From Bacteroidaceae bacterium (lineage in GTDB: Bacteria > Bacteroidota > Bacteroidia > Bacteroidales > Barnesiellaceae_A): a stretch of DNA of 64,000 nt. The stretch covers positions 862 through 64,861 of the forward strand of contig JAFZFQ010000037.1 of assembly GCA_017555825.1 (NCBI GenBank), given 5' to 3'. Made by a program: the position numbers and the translations under genes. Below, piece by piece: positions 39,164 to 49,790 of this stretch (the stretch's first letter is position 1; every line of letters starts with the position of its first letter). Under the pieces are notes generated by a model, which was not told the origin of the DNA, did no database searches, and worked only from the letters and a program-made list of their open reading frames with translations.

Positions 39164-40492
39164 ATGAGTAAGAATTATTTGTTTACATCGGAGTCGGTGT
39201 CGGAAGGACACCCCGATAAAGTGGCCGACCAATTGTCGGATGCTGTGCTTGACCAATTCTTGGCGCAAGATGCTACCTCGAAGGTGGCTTGCGAAACCTT
39301 GGTAACTACCGGTCAGGTAGTATTGGCCGGTGAGGTGAAGTCGTCGGCTTCGGTCGATTTGATGGAGACTGCCCGCCGTGTTATCAACCGCATTGGTTAC
39401 AACAAGAGTGCATATAAATTTGATGGCGACTCATGTGGTGTATTCTCGGCTATACACGAGCAAAGTGCCGACATCAATCGTGGTGTTGAGCGCAAAGACC
39501 CCATGGAGCAAGGCGCCGGCGACCAAGGTATGATGTTTGGTTATGCTTGCAACGAGACTGATAACTACATGCCCCTCTCGCTCGAAATTTCGCACATCCT
39601 CTTGCTCGAATTGGCCAAGATACGTCGCGAGGCAGAGCAAATGACCTACTTGCGCAAGGGTCGCGTTACATCATACTTGCGTCCCGACTCAAAGTCGCAA
39701 GTAACCATCGAGTATGACGAGCAAAACAACCCCGTGCGCATCCACACTATCGTTATTTCTACTCAACACGACGAGTTTGTGTGCCCTGCGGATGATACTG
39801 TAGAGGCTCAAGACCGTGCCGACGAGGAGATGTTGGCAACTATCCGTCGCGATGTACAAGAGGTGTTGTTGCCCCGCGTAATAGCTCAATTGCCCGAGCG
39901 CGTGCAAGCTCTCTTCGACGACCGTCTTATCCTTCACGTCAACCCCACAGGCAAGTTTGTTATCGGTGGTCCTCATGGCGATACAGGTCTTACAGGCCGT
40001 AAAATCATTGTAGATACATACGGCGGTAAAGGTGCTCACGGTGGTGGTGCATTCTCGGGCAAAGACCCCTCGAAGGTAGACCGCTCGGCTGCCTATGCAG
40101 CTCGCCACATAGCCAAGAACTTGGTGGCTGCAGGTGTTTCCGATGAGGTGTTGGTGCAAGTATCGTATGCCATCGGTGTGGCACGTCCTGTAAGTATATA
40201 TGTCAATACATACGGTAAGTCGCACGTATCGCAAAGCGATGCCGAGATTGCCGAGGTTGTAGATAAGTTGTTCGATTTGCGTCCTCGTGCCATCGAGGAG
40301 CGTCTCAAATTGCGCAACCCCATCTACGAGGAGACAGCTTCTTACGGTCACATGGGTCGCACTCCCCGCACTGTTACCAAGGTGTTCACTTCGCGCTATC
40401 TCGCCGAGCCTATTGTGCGCGAGGTTGAGTTGTTTACATGGGAGAAACTCGACTATGTAGATGCCGTACGCGAAGCATTTGGCTTGAAATAA
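39164..40492 (+). CDS. metK: S-adenosylmethionine synthetase
   Basis: [42 protein letters not shown]. Confidence 0.98.
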   Translation: MSKNYLFTSESVSEGHPDKVADQLSDAVLDQFLAQDATSKVACETLVTTGQVVLAGEVKSSASVDLMETARRVINRIGYNKSAYKFDGDSCGVFSAIHEQSADINRGVERKDPMEQGAGDQGMMFGYACNETDNYMPLSLEISHILLLELAKIRREAEQMTYLRKGRVTSYLRPDSKSQVTIEYDEQNNPVRIHTIVISTQHDEFVCPADDTVEAQDRADEEMLATIRRDVQEVLLPRVIAQLPERVQALFDDRLILHVNPTGKFVIGGPHGDTGLTGRKIIVDTYGGKGAHGGGAFSGKDPSKVDRSAAYAARHIAKNLVAAGVSDEVLVQVSYAIGVARPVSIYVNTYGKSHVSQSDAEIAEVVDKLFDLRPRAIEERLKLRNPIYEETASYGHMGRTPRTVTKVFTSRYLAEPIVREVELFTWEKLDYVDAVREAFGLK

Positions 40493-40508
40493 CAAGCACA
40501 CATATATA

Positions 40509-40545
40509 AACGACAAAGGCGCTCCAATGGGGCGCCTTTGTTGTT
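40509..40545. terminator. Bidirectional terminator between metK and sufB
   Basis: AACGACAAAGGCGCTCCA/TGGGGCGCCTTTGTTGTT. Confidence 0.85.
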
Positions 40546-40566
40546 GTATAGGGTTTAAGATTGTGT

Positions 40567-42054
40567 TTATCCTACCGAGCCTTCGAGAGTTACTTGCAGG
40601 AGTTTTTGTGCCTCTACGGCAAACTCCATGGGCAACTTGTTCATTACCTCCTTGGCATATCCGTTTACGATGAGGCCCACAGCATCTTCGGTGGGGATAC
40701 CACGTTGGTTGCAATAGAAGATTTGGTCTTCGTTGATCTTTGAGGTGGTAGCCTCGTGTTCCATTACAGCGGTGTTGTTCTTGATGTCGATATAGGGGAA
40801 TGTGTGAGCGCCGCAGTGGTCGCTGAGCAAGAGGCTGTCGCATTGTGTAAAGTTGCGGGCGTTGTCGGCAGTGGGCGTAACACGCACCAATCCGCGATAG
40901 CTGTTTTGGCTACTACCGGCCGATATACCCTTTGAAACAATTGTACTGCGGGTATTCTTGCCTATATGTATCATCTTGGTACCGGTGTCGGCTTGTTGGT
41001 GGTTGTTGGTGACAGCTACCGAGTAGAACTCGCCCACCGAGTTGTCGCCGGCAAGTACACAACTGGGATATTTCCAGGTTATAGCCGAGCCGGTCTCTAC
41101 TTGAGTCCACGAGAGTTTTGAGTTGTCGCCCTTGCACAATCCGCGTTTGGTAACGAAGTTGTAGATACCACCGCGACCCTCTTTGTCGCCGGGATACCAG
41201 TTTTGCACGGTCGAATATTTCACCTCGGCACGCTCATGTACGCGTATCTCTACGATAGCTGCGTGGAGCTGATTTTCGTCGCGCATAGGCGCGGTACAGC
41301 CTTCGAGGTAGCTCACATAGCTGTCGTCGTCGGCCACGATAAGGGTGCGCTCAAATTGGCCTGTGTTGGCGGCATTGATGCGGAAGTAGGTCGAGAGCTC
41401 CATGGGGCAACGCACGCCCTTGGGGATGTATACAAACGAGCCGTCGCTAAAGACAGCCGAGTTGAGGGCTGCAAAGAAGTTGTCGCGGTATGAAACCACC
41501 GAGCCGAGATACTTGCGCACCAAGTCGGGATAGTCTTTTACCGCCTCGCTTATCGAGCAGAAAATTACGCCGAGTTCGGCCAATTTCTCGCGGAAGGTAG
41601 TCTTTACCGACACACTATCCATCACGGCATCTACGGCTATACCCGAGAGGCGCATTTGCTCTTCGAGCGAAATGCCGAGCTTGTCGAATGTCTTGAGCAA
41701 CTCGGGGTCTACCTCGTCGAGCGACTCGGGGCCTTTGCGAGTCTTGGGCTCGGCATAGTAGCTTATGGCCTGATAGTCAATCTCGGGTATATTGAGGTGT
41801 GCCCAAGTGGGCATCTTGAGAGTTTGCCAGTAGTGGAAGGCTTGCAAGCGGAATTCGAGCAACCACTCGGGCTCGCCCTTGCGCTCCGAAATGAGGCGTA
41901 CAACATTCTCGTTGAGACCCTTTTCGATTATATCGGTCTCTATATCTGTAACAAATCCATACTCATACTCTTTCGATGTAACATCGTCGAGAATAGAGTC
42001 TTTACGAGGCTCTTCGTTGACGTTGGTAATTTTATCGTTGTTTTCCATCTTCAT
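40567..42054 (-). CDS. sufB: Fe-S cluster assembly protein SufB
   Basis: [52 protein letters not shown]. Start could be 42048. Confidence 0.97.
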   Translation of the reverse strand: MKMENNDKITNVNEEPRKDSILDDVTSKEYEYGFVTDIETDIIEKGLNENVVRLISERKGEPEWLLEFRLQAFHYWQTLKMPTWAHLNIPEIDYQAISYYAEPKTRKGPESLDEVDPELLKTFDKLGISLEEQMRLSGIAVDAVMDSVSVKTTFREKLAELGVIFCSISEAVKDYPDLVRKYLGSVVSYRDNFFAALNSAVFSDGSFVYIPKGVRCPMELSTYFRINAANTGQFERTLIVADDDSYVSYLEGCTAPMRDENQLHAAIVEIRVHERAEVKYSTVQNWYPGDKEGRGGIYNFVTKRGLCKGDNSKLSWTQVETGSAITWKYPSCVLAGDNSVGEFYSVAVTNNHQQADTGTKMIHIGKNTRSTIVSKGISAGSSQNSYRGLVRVTPTADNARNFTQCDSLLLSDHCGAHTFPYIDIKNNTAVMEHEATTSKINEDQIFYCNQRGIPTEDAVGLIVNGYAKEVMNKLPMEFAVEAQKLLQVTLEGSVG

Positions 42055-42076
42055 CTTTACTTTGTTAGTTCAACAA

Positions 42077-42577
42077 TTAAGGTGTTGGGGTAGTTGTTTT
42101 ACCCTCTACGAAGTTGAGAACTTTGGGGGCAAAATCTCTAACAGTCTCGTAGCATATCGCCTTGGTGAGCGTGGGCGACTTCCATACTTTGGCATCTTTG
42201 GTCACAAGCATAGCCAAGTTGAGCGCGAGGCTCACAAAGAGTATGGTCTTGAATGCACCAAAGAGTCCGCCTGCAATGGAGTCTATCCATCCAAGTCGCA
42301 CCAACCGGGTGATAGACTTGAGAAACCCTGAGACAATGCGTATGGCGGTATATATAACAAAGAACAGACCCGCATACGACACCATTTCGCATACCAAGAG
42401 GCTCCATCCGGTGCGCTCAAACAGAAGGGCTGTTATATCTTTGCTCCATATATATGTACATATTACACCCAATAGTAGAGCAGCCACGTCGCCTACTTGG
42501 CGTACGATGCCTCGCACCATGCCCCAAATAGTCATGAGCACGACAAGCCCCAACATTATGATGTCTATAACTTCCAT
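42077..42577 (-). CDS. CvpA family membrane protein
   Basis: IDII..., G..RG, 'LGWIDSIAGGLFG' motif; about four TM segments. Confidence 0.88.
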   Translation of the reverse strand: MEVIDIIMLGLVVLMTIWGMVRGIVRQVGDVAALLLGVICTYIWSKDITALLFERTGWSLLVCEMVSYAGLFFVIYTAIRIVSGFLKSITRLVRLGWIDSIAGGLFGAFKTILFVSLALNLAMLVTKDAKVWKSPTLTKAICYETVRDFAPKVLNFVEGKTTTPTP

Positions 42578-42709
42578 TATTTCATTTTAATATGAGTGAT
42601 TGCAAAAATACACTTTTATTTCCAATAAAACGCTATTTGCGACACTATTTTGAGCGCCGAGATGATGCGATTATGTTAATTTTATTTATCACCATTGAGG
42701 TGTAAATAT

Positions 42710-43321
42710 CTATACCTCTTCGTCGAATATCTGGTCGAAACGACGTCGCAGTTCTTCGTGGTTGGCAATGATGGCACGTAGCTCGTCGAGGCGTACTTTA
42801 TTGTCGCTTTGTGGTAGCCATAGGCGCAGGTATCCACCTTCGGCATACTTCTCTTGCAGATGGTTGCAGAAACGCTCGTAATGTACCTCTCGGTTGTCGG
42901 TGTCGAGGTGTTTCAGCCCATACTGTACAGTGCGTCGCAGGGTGGTGTCGGGGTCTATAAGGCGGTCGGCCTCGGCTACAATGCAACCATAGATAGAGCG
43001 AGGTGCTTGGTTGTTCGATGCGCGATGATCCTCGACAGCCTCTTTGATGATAGTGACTTGCTCGGGGGTAAACCACTGTGGCAACATGCTGTCGTTGGTT
43101 ACAATTTCGCCCGACACGATGTGATGACGCTCACGGCCTTCGCACAGCCCCAAGTCGTGATAAGCTGCAATCGTATATGCCATATCGGCATCAACGCCAT
43201 ACTGCTTGGCAAGAGTCATACTACGTTCTATCACATCGGTCACATGTGTGAGGTTGTGCGCCTTGTCAAATGCCTCGTATCGAGGTATGATGTGTTGTGC
43301 TATATACTCCTGTAGCGTCAT
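42710..43321 (-). CDS. HD-domain phosphohydrolase
   Basis: AHNLTH, AAYHDLG, EDHRAS, AEADR. Confidence 0.88.
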   Translation of the reverse strand: MTLQEYIAQHIIPRYEAFDKAHNLTHVTDVIERSMTLAKQYGVDADMAYTIAAYHDLGLCEGRERHHIVSGEIVTNDSMLPQWFTPEQVTIIKEAVEDHRASNNQAPRSIYGCIVAEADRLIDPDTTLRRTVQYGLKHLDTDNREVHYERFCNHLQEKYAEGGYLRLWLPQSDNKVRLDELRAIIANHEELRRRFDQIFDEEV

Positions 43322-43324
43322 GGT

Positions 43325-44533
43325 CTATCGCAGTTTGTTGTGCTCGAAGTGCTTGCGTATAACAAAGAAAAACAATATAAATCCGGCTGTGGCAACGCCC
43401 AATCCGGTGCGGAAGGCGTTGGCATAGTTGCTCAGCTCGGCAATATGACCGCCTATAAATACACCCAGACCTATGCCCAGATCCCATGCCGTGAAGTAGG
43501 TGGAGTTGGCTGTTCCGCGGCGACTGTTGGGGGCGAGGTTGATAAACATGGCTTGCAATGCCGAGCACATGGTGCCAAAGCCCAGTCCCAATATAAATGC
43601 TGCCGAATAGAAGCCTATGGGCTGCCTGAAGATGACAAAAACGCTAAAGCCCAACAAGATGACTATCATGCCCAGAATGATGCTATGTGCCACCAATCCC
43701 TTGTTGAGCATCATGCCCACGCGCATGCGCGACATGACAAGACCGCAGGCCATGATAACGAAAAAGAGTCCGGTGCCATCGGTAATGCCTACCTCGGTGC
43801 GCCCATAAATGGCCAAGTAGGTCGATAGTATGCCATAGGCAAACGAGAAGAGCATGACAGGCAACATCTCGGGCAATCCTTTCACGAGGATAAAGCGGTC
43901 GAGCGATATGCCTTGTGTGGGCTGTTCTATCTCTTTGTGTGGGGCTTTGATAGCCGATACGCAACATAGTCCCAAGAAAGAGGTGACAACCGATATCATA
44001 AAGATAGGCGTGAACTCGTGCAGTGTCTCGTAGAAGTAGAGCGATATAGAGGGCCCAAATGCCATGGCCAAATTGTTGCTGACACCATAGAAGCCAATAC
44101 CCTCGCCACGACGCTCGGCGGGCATAATGTCTATTGCCATGGTGCTGTTGGATACCGTTACCAATCCGAACGATGCGCCATGCGTAGCACGGATGAGGGT
44201 AAACAGCAAGAGCGAGCCGGCCAGCAAGTAGCCACAGAAGAAGAGCATAAATATCGAGTAGCAGATGAGCAACAGCCTCTTGCGGGGAAATGTGTCGACC
44301 ATATATCCGCTCACCGGCCTTACGAGTAGTGCCATGATGGTATAGGAGGCCAATACCATGCCGGTGAGGCTTTTATCGGCTCCAAACGCTTCGCCCACAT
44401 ACATGGGTAGTATGGGTAGCAGTAGGTAGAACGAGAAGAACAGCAAGAAGTTGCCTGCTGCTACGGCACAAAAACTCGGTGTCCACAGTCGCGGACGGGG
44501 TGTGTCGGTGGGCGTGGTGCTCATTTTATTCAA
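43325..44533 (-). CDS. MFS transporter
   Basis: About 12 TM segments, GYMVDTFPRK, RRGEGIG, RRGTANS. Start is 44533 or 44524. Confidence 0.9.
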   Translation of the reverse strand: MNKMSTTPTDTPRPRLWTPSFCAVAAGNFLLFFSFYLLLPILPMYVGEAFGADKSLTGMVLASYTIMALLVRPVSGYMVDTFPRKRLLLICYSIFMLFFCGYLLAGSLLLFTLIRATHGASFGLVTVSNSTMAIDIMPAERRGEGIGFYGVSNNLAMAFGPSISLYFYETLHEFTPIFMISVVTSFLGLCCVSAIKAPHKEIEQPTQGISLDRFILVKGLPEMLPVMLFSFAYGILSTYLAIYGRTEVGITDGTGLFFVIMACGLVMSRMRVGMMLNKGLVAHSIILGMIVILLGFSVFVIFRQPIGFYSAAFILGLGFGTMCSALQAMFINLAPNSRRGTANSTYFTAWDLGIGLGVFIGGHIAELSNYANAFRTGLGVATAGFILFFFVIRKHFEHNKLR

Positions 44534-45857
44534 CTTCCTCGCCCAAGAGTGTGGCCGATGAGGCCTCGTATACCTTAACCTTTACGAAGTCGCCTACACG
44601 GTGGTTGCCACGAGGGAATACCACAACCTTGTTTTGTTGTGTGCGACCGAAGAGTTGTTCACGAGAGCGTTTTGAGAAGCCTTCAACAAGCACCTCAAAG
44701 GTCTTGCCTATGTCGCGACGGTTGCTTTCGAGCGAAAGCTCGTTTTGCAGGTCTATCATGCGTTGCAAGCGTGCTATCTTGGTCTCCTCGTCGATGTCGT
44801 CGGGCAGGTGTTTTGAAGCAAATGTACCGGGACGCTCTGAATACTTGAACAAGAACGACGAGTCGTAGCACACCTCGCGCATGAGGCTCAAAGTCTCTTC
44901 AAACTCCTCCTCGCTCTCCGAGTGGAAACCACAGAAAAGGTCGCTTGAGATACCGCAATCGGGTATGATGCGACGTATGGCGGCAACACGGTCGAGATAC
45001 CACTCGCGGGTATATTTGCGATTCATCAACTGCAAGATGCGGTTGTTGCCCGATTGCACGGGAAGGTGTATATGGTGGCACAATGAGGGATGCGAAGCAA
45101 TGGCTTCCAAGATTTCGTCGCTCATATCCTTGGGGTGCGATGTTGTGAAGCGCACGCGCATGCCCTCGCCGGCAGCCTCGGCCACCATGCGCAACAAGGC
45201 GGGGAAGTCGACACGAGTGCCATCTTCGGCAACGTAGTTGTATGAGTTGACATTCTGGCCCAGCAAGATAGCCTCTTTGAAGCCACGAGCTTTCAAGTCG
45301 GCAAGTTCGCGCAAGATGCTCTCGGGCTCACGGCTACGCTCGCGACCACGAGTGTAGGGCACGATACAGTATGAGCAGAAGTTGTTGCAACCACGCATGA
45401 TAGAGATATAGCCCGAAACTCGGCTATGACCCATGCGAGCAGGAACAATGTCGCGATAGGTCTCTGTGGTAGAGAGCTCTACATTGACAGCGGGCTGGCC
45501 TTGCTCAACAGCCGAAATAAGAGCCGGCAGGTCGAGGTACGCATCGGGGCCGGCAACAAGGTCTACGCCATGATTGCTCACCAAATCCTCGCGCACACGC
45601 TCGGCCATGCAACCCAACACACCCACAATGAGGTGGGGTTTCTTGCGCTTGAGTGCGCGGAAATATGCCAGTCGCGATACAATCTTTTGCTCGGCATTGT
45701 CGCGTATCGAACAAGTGTTGACAAACACAGCATCGGCCTCCTCGATTGTCTCGCACAAATGGTAGCCGTGCATTTCCATGATAGATGCTACTACCTCACT
45801 GTCGGCAACGTTCATTTGGCAACCGTATGTCTCTATAAAAAGTCTCTTTGTACTCAT
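44526..45857 (-). CDS. miaB: tRNA methylthiotransferase MiaB
   Basis: TYGCQMN, NTCSIR, radical-SAM CNNFCSYC, HLPVQSG, TRAM domain. Confidence 0.96.
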   Translation of the reverse strand: MSTKRLFIETYGCQMNVADSEVVASIMEMHGYHLCETIEEADAVFVNTCSIRDNAEQKIVSRLAYFRALKRKKPHLIVGVLGCMAERVREDLVSNHGVDLVAGPDAYLDLPALISAVEQGQPAVNVELSTTETYRDIVPARMGHSRVSGYISIMRGCNNFCSYCIVPYTRGRERSREPESILRELADLKARGFKEAILLGQNVNSYNYVAEDGTRVDFPALLRMVAEAAGEGMRVRFTTSHPKDMSDEILEAIASHPSLCHHIHLPVQSGNNRILQLMNRKYTREWYLDRVAAIRRIIPDCGISSDLFCGFHSESEEEFEETLSLMREVCYDSSFLFKYSERPGTFASKHLPDDIDEETKIARLQRMIDLQNELSLESNRRDIGKTFEVLVEGFSKRSREQLFGRTQQNKVVVFPRGNHRVGDFVKVKVYEASSATLLGEEVE

Positions 45858-46003
45858 ATATTTTGTGGTTTCTTTTTCTTTTGGTTTTTTCTATTTTTAT
45901 TCTTGTTATACAGGTCTGTTGAGTGATATAAAATCGCCCGTTTTGCTTTAAAATCACACTCTTTTGTCATGCAATTCTATGTTTTTCTTCTATTTTGCAT
46001 CTA

Positions 46004-46083
46004 TAGAGTGTAAAGTTTTTCATAGTTGAGATTTTGGATTATATTGTCAAGGGTAGTTGCGAAACCGCCCTTTCTTTCTTTTT
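46004..46083 (+). ncRNA. Candidate intergenic sRNA
   Basis: Imperfect -7 element (CTATTTTG, 45990-45997), TTTTTCATAGTTGAGATTT core, GNRA-capped terminator at 46049-46083, no ORF. Confidence 0.45.
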
Positions 46084-46150
46084 AAACCTCATACCACTTG
46101 TTTTTCTCTCAATAAACTTGTATATTTGAGCGCAAAATTACGAAATAAAG

Positions 46151-46606
46151 ATGGATTATTTAGACATTATACTCTATATTGTTTTTGCCATCATCGGTAT
46201 TTTTAGTAGTATTAACTCTACTAAAGCCAAAAAACGTGCCGAGAATAAGCGCAAAACAGTTCCAGTGCCCGCACAGGCAGTGGTAGAAGAGGATGATGAG
46301 GCTGAATATGATCAACCCGTGCCCGAAGTGGTGTCGCTCGACGATATTTTCAGGGCATTGCGTGAGGGTCGCCCTCTTGAGACCGTGCGCAAAGAGACTC
46401 TCGTCGAAGAGCACACGCCTATACAGCAACCTGTTGTGCCTATCGAGGAGGGTATAAGGGTGACTCGTGACGAAGATTTTGCACAAAACGAAATATCGGA
46501 TAGAGGCATCTATACCGACGATGAAAGTGTCGAGGCGTTCTCGGTGGAGAATGTCGATTGGCGACAAGCTGTTATTACCAGCGAAATATTAAACAGAAAA
46601 TACTAA
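46151..46606 (+). CDS. Hypothetical single-TM acidic protein
   Basis: N-terminal TM, acidic linker, C-terminal 'RQAVITSEILNRKY'; TATATTTG promoter at 46121-46128. Confidence 0.75.
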   Translation: MDYLDIILYIVFAIIGIFSSINSTKAKKRAENKRKTVPVPAQAVVEEDDEAEYDQPVPEVVSLDDIFRALREGRPLETVRKETLVEEHTPIQQPVVPIEEGIRVTRDEDFAQNEISDRGIYTDDESVEAFSVENVDWRQAVITSEILNRKY

Positions 46607-46637
46607 AACTATAATCTCAATCTATTTATAAAGCACT

Positions 46638-48131
46638 ATGGCATACAGAATTCTTACTGCAGAAGAAGCTGCCTCGTACATCAACCATGATGATAACGTA
46701 GGCTTTGGTGGTTTTACAGCCGCAGGTACTCCTAAAGCTACAACCATCGCCTTGGCCAAGAGAGCCAAAGCAGAACATGACGCCGGACGTCCCTTCAAAA
46801 TCGGATTGTACACCGGTGCATCTACCAATGACTATATCGATGGTGAGTTGAGCCGTGTCAATGCTATCAAAACACGTACTCCCTATCAATCACACGCCGA
46901 CTCGCGCAATCTTATCAACAGCGGCGAAATGCCCTACTTTGACATGCACCTTTCGCATCTTTCTCAACAACTCCGTTATGGTTTCTTGGGCAAAATGCAT
47001 GTAGGTATCATTGAGGCTGCCGATGTATCGGAAGATGGCGAAATCCTCTTGGGTGCCGGTGTAGGTATGGCTCCTACAGTGTGTGAACTCTGCGACAAAC
47101 TTATCATCGAGCGCAACCACCACGAGAGCGACAGAATGCGTGGTATGCACGATATTTATACTCCGCTCGATCCTCCTTATCGTCGCGAAATTCCTATCTA
47201 CAAGCCCAGCGACCGTATCGGTTCGCCCGTTATCAAGGTAGACCCCAAAAAGATTATCGGTATCGTAGAGACCGACTTGACCGACGGTGTTAAGCCTTTC
47301 TCTCCCGTTGATGCCACTACATCTAAGATTGGTGAGAACGTATGTAACTTCCTCGCTTCTCAACTCAAAAACGGTCTTCTTCCCAAAGAGTTCCTCCCCG
47401 TGCAATCGGGTGTAGGTAACATCGCCAATGCGGTGTTGGCTCAAATGGGTCTCAACCCCGACATCCCCCAATTCCAAATGTATACCGAGGTGGTACAAGA
47501 CTCGGCTATGGAGTTGATGTTCCAAGGTAAATGTACATTTGCCAGCACATGTGGTATGACAGTGAGCGATGATATGTTGTCGCGCATCATGGATAACATC
47601 TACTACTTCAAGGAGCGTGTTATCTTGCGTCCGAGCGAAATCACCAACCACCCCGAGATTGTGCGCCGTCTGGGTCTCATCACTATGAATACAGCTCTCG
47701 AAGCCGACATCTTCGGTAATGTGAACTCTACTCACGTGACAGGTACTAAGATGATGAACGGTTTGGGTGGCTCGGCCGACTTTACTCGCAATGCCTACCT
47801 CTCAATCTTTGCTTGTCCTTCGGTAGCTAAGGGTGGTAAGATCAGCTCTATCGTTCCTATGGTATCGCACCAAGACCACAGCGAGCACTCTGTAATGGTA
47901 ATTGCTACCGAGCATGGTGTTGCCGACCTTCGCGCCAAGTCTCCTCGTCAACGTGCCGAGGCTATCATTGAGAACTGTGCTCACCCCATGTACCGTGAGC
48001 TCCTCTGGGATTACCTCAAGATGTCAAACGGTGGTCACACACCTCACAGCCTCAAGGCTGCATTTGCCTTCCACACAGAGTTCCTCAACTCGGGCGATAT
48101 GACCAAGACCGACTTCTCGCAATACAAATAA
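46638..48131 (+). CDS. Succinate CoA-transferase (acetyl-CoA hydrolase/transferase family)
   Basis: GFTAAG, YTGAST, QSGVGNIANA, NHPE, MMNGLGGSADF. Confidence 0.93.
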   Translation: MAYRILTAEEAASYINHDDNVGFGGFTAAGTPKATTIALAKRAKAEHDAGRPFKIGLYTGASTNDYIDGELSRVNAIKTRTPYQSHADSRNLINSGEMPYFDMHLSHLSQQLRYGFLGKMHVGIIEAADVSEDGEILLGAGVGMAPTVCELCDKLIIERNHHESDRMRGMHDIYTPLDPPYRREIPIYKPSDRIGSPVIKVDPKKIIGIVETDLTDGVKPFSPVDATTSKIGENVCNFLASQLKNGLLPKEFLPVQSGVGNIANAVLAQMGLNPDIPQFQMYTEVVQDSAMELMFQGKCTFASTCGMTVSDDMLSRIMDNIYYFKERVILRPSEITNHPEIVRRLGLITMNTALEADIFGNVNSTHVTGTKMMNGLGGSADFTRNAYLSIFACPSVAKGGKISSIVPMVSHQDHSEHSVMVIATEHGVADLRAKSPRQRAEAIIENCAHPMYRELLWDYLKMSNGGHTPHSLKAAFAFHTEFLNSGDMTKTDFSQYK

Positions 48132-48150
48132 TAAGTATAGGCGATATACA

Positions 48151-48191
48151 ACAAATAGAGCCGCAATCGACAAGATTGTGGCTCTATTTGT
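48151..48191. terminator. Bidirectional terminator
   Basis: ACAAATAGAGCCGCAATC/GATTGTGGCTCTATTTGT between convergent genes. Confidence 0.8.
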
Positions 48192-48207
48192 ATTATAAAG
48201 GGTGCAT

Positions 48208-49680
48208 TTATGCTTGCTTGGGAGTCTCGCTCTCTTCCCAATGGAAGGGTTCGAAGGTTGCCGATGGATCGCGCCACTCGGGCTTGCGCATACTATATAT
48301 AATAAGAGGTGCAGCTACGACTACGATACAGCCTATTACCAACACGGCATACCACACGGTATTGCTACCTACCGAAATCTGTCCGGGTGGAATAAAACTG
48401 AGTACAAAGGCCAAAAGCGAGCCCAGAAAACCTATGCCGGCGACGAGCCACATGAGCATGTTGCCTTTGTTGCCTATGCGGAAGGGGCGAGTGGCTTTTT
48501 TCATGTTGTATCGCAGATAGATGGCTGCCGCAAACATGAGCAAGTACATGATGAGGTATAGCAATACTGTGAGTTGCGACAAGATTTGATAGAAGCTCTG
48601 TACCGATGGCATGACCACAAAGAGCAATCCCAAAAGGGTAACAATAGCCCCTTGTATAAACAAGATGTTGCGTTGCACGCCACGGCTGTTGGTCTTCTGG
48701 AAGAATGGGGGCAGATAACCTGCACGACCCACGGCAAAGATACCCTTTGAGGGGCCTGCAACCCATGTGAGCACACCGGCCAGCACACCAAATGCCAATG
48801 CAACAGCGATGACGGGCGAGAACCACGATGCTTTGACATACGCCAGATAGCGGTCAAATCCGACCAATAGGCTCTGTGTGAGGTTTATATCGCTCTTGGG
48901 GATAATTATGCCCAGCGAGAATGTTCCCAATACAAAAATGAGTACCGTGATAAGAGAACCTATAAATACCGCCTTGGGGTAGTTGCGCGAGGGGTTGTCT
49001 ACCTCTTGTACGTGTATACCACCCATTTCCATACCGGCATAAAACAGGAATATACCGGCTGCCAAAACAAGGTTGTTGAAGTTGCTCAAGTCGGGAAAGA
49101 AACTACCACTGAAGTCCATTTGCGACTTACCTCCGGTGAGTAGGTAGATAATAGCCAGTACAACCAGCAATCCGGCAGGGATAATAGTGCCTACCAAGCC
49201 TCCGATTTTCGATACACGACCCACCCACGACATGCCTTTGAGTGAGATAAACGTTGCCAACCAATATATCACAAGTACGACTACAAGTGTATACATGCGG
49301 TTGGAAGCCAGCGTCATATCGTGGGTACTATCCATGCCTATGAAGGCCAGCGATACGGCTCCAAAGGTGAGTACCGTGGGATACCATATTGTACTCTCTA
49401 CCCATTGCAACCATATTGCCAAGAAACCCATGCGCTTGCCAAAAGCCTCGCCAACCCAGCGAAACACACCGCCTTGTTTGTTGGAAAACATGGCTGCCAA
49501 CTCGGCTGCAACAAGTGCCGTGGGGATGAGAAATACCAGCGCTGCAAAGAGATAGTAAAATGCCGAGCTTATACCATACTCCGCCTCGGCAGGGAGTCCG
49601 CGCAACGACACTACGGCCGTTACGTTCATGATAGCGAGTGTAGCAACACTCAACTTTGCGGTTTTACCAATATTTGCCAT
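48208..49680 (-). CDS. gadC: Glutamate:GABA antiporter
   Basis: APC family, IMNVTAVVSLRGLPAEA, GGVFRWV, FYAGME. Start placed at MANIG (49680) because a promoter motif abuts the upstream ATG at 49704. Confidence 0.9.
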   Translation of the reverse strand: MANIGKTAKLSVATLAIMNVTAVVSLRGLPAEAEYGISSAFYYLFAALVFLIPTALVAAELAAMFSNKQGGVFRWVGEAFGKRMGFLAIWLQWVESTIWYPTVLTFGAVSLAFIGMDSTHDMTLASNRMYTLVVVLVIYWLATFISLKGMSWVGRVSKIGGLVGTIIPAGLLVVLAIIYLLTGGKSQMDFSGSFFPDLSNFNNLVLAAGIFLFYAGMEMGGIHVQEVDNPSRNYPKAVFIGSLITVLIFVLGTFSLGIIIPKSDINLTQSLLVGFDRYLAYVKASWFSPVIAVALAFGVLAGVLTWVAGPSKGIFAVGRAGYLPPFFQKTNSRGVQRNILFIQGAIVTLLGLLFVVMPSVQSFYQILSQLTVLLYLIMYLLMFAAAIYLRYNMKKATRPFRIGNKGNMLMWLVAGIGFLGSLLAFVLSFIPPGQISVGSNTVWYAVLVIGCIVVVAAPLIIYSMRKPEWRDPSATFEPFHWEESETPKQA

Positions 49681-49707
49681 AATACTGTTTTGTTGTTTGT
49701 CCATAAT

Positions 49708-49760
49708 AACATACGATGCCCGACAATGGTTTAGTAAACTTTACACAACGCTATCTTGTT
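49708..49760. promoter_or_regulatory. Back-to-back putative ECF-type promoters for gadC and the porin
   Basis: Minus 49731-49708: AAC-CATTGTCGGGCATCGTA(17)-TGTT. Plus 49737-49760: AAC-TTTACACAACGCTATCT(17)-TGTT. Confidence 0.55.
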
Positions 49761-49790
49761 TTGGATGTAAATCATTCAATTTATTTAAGT

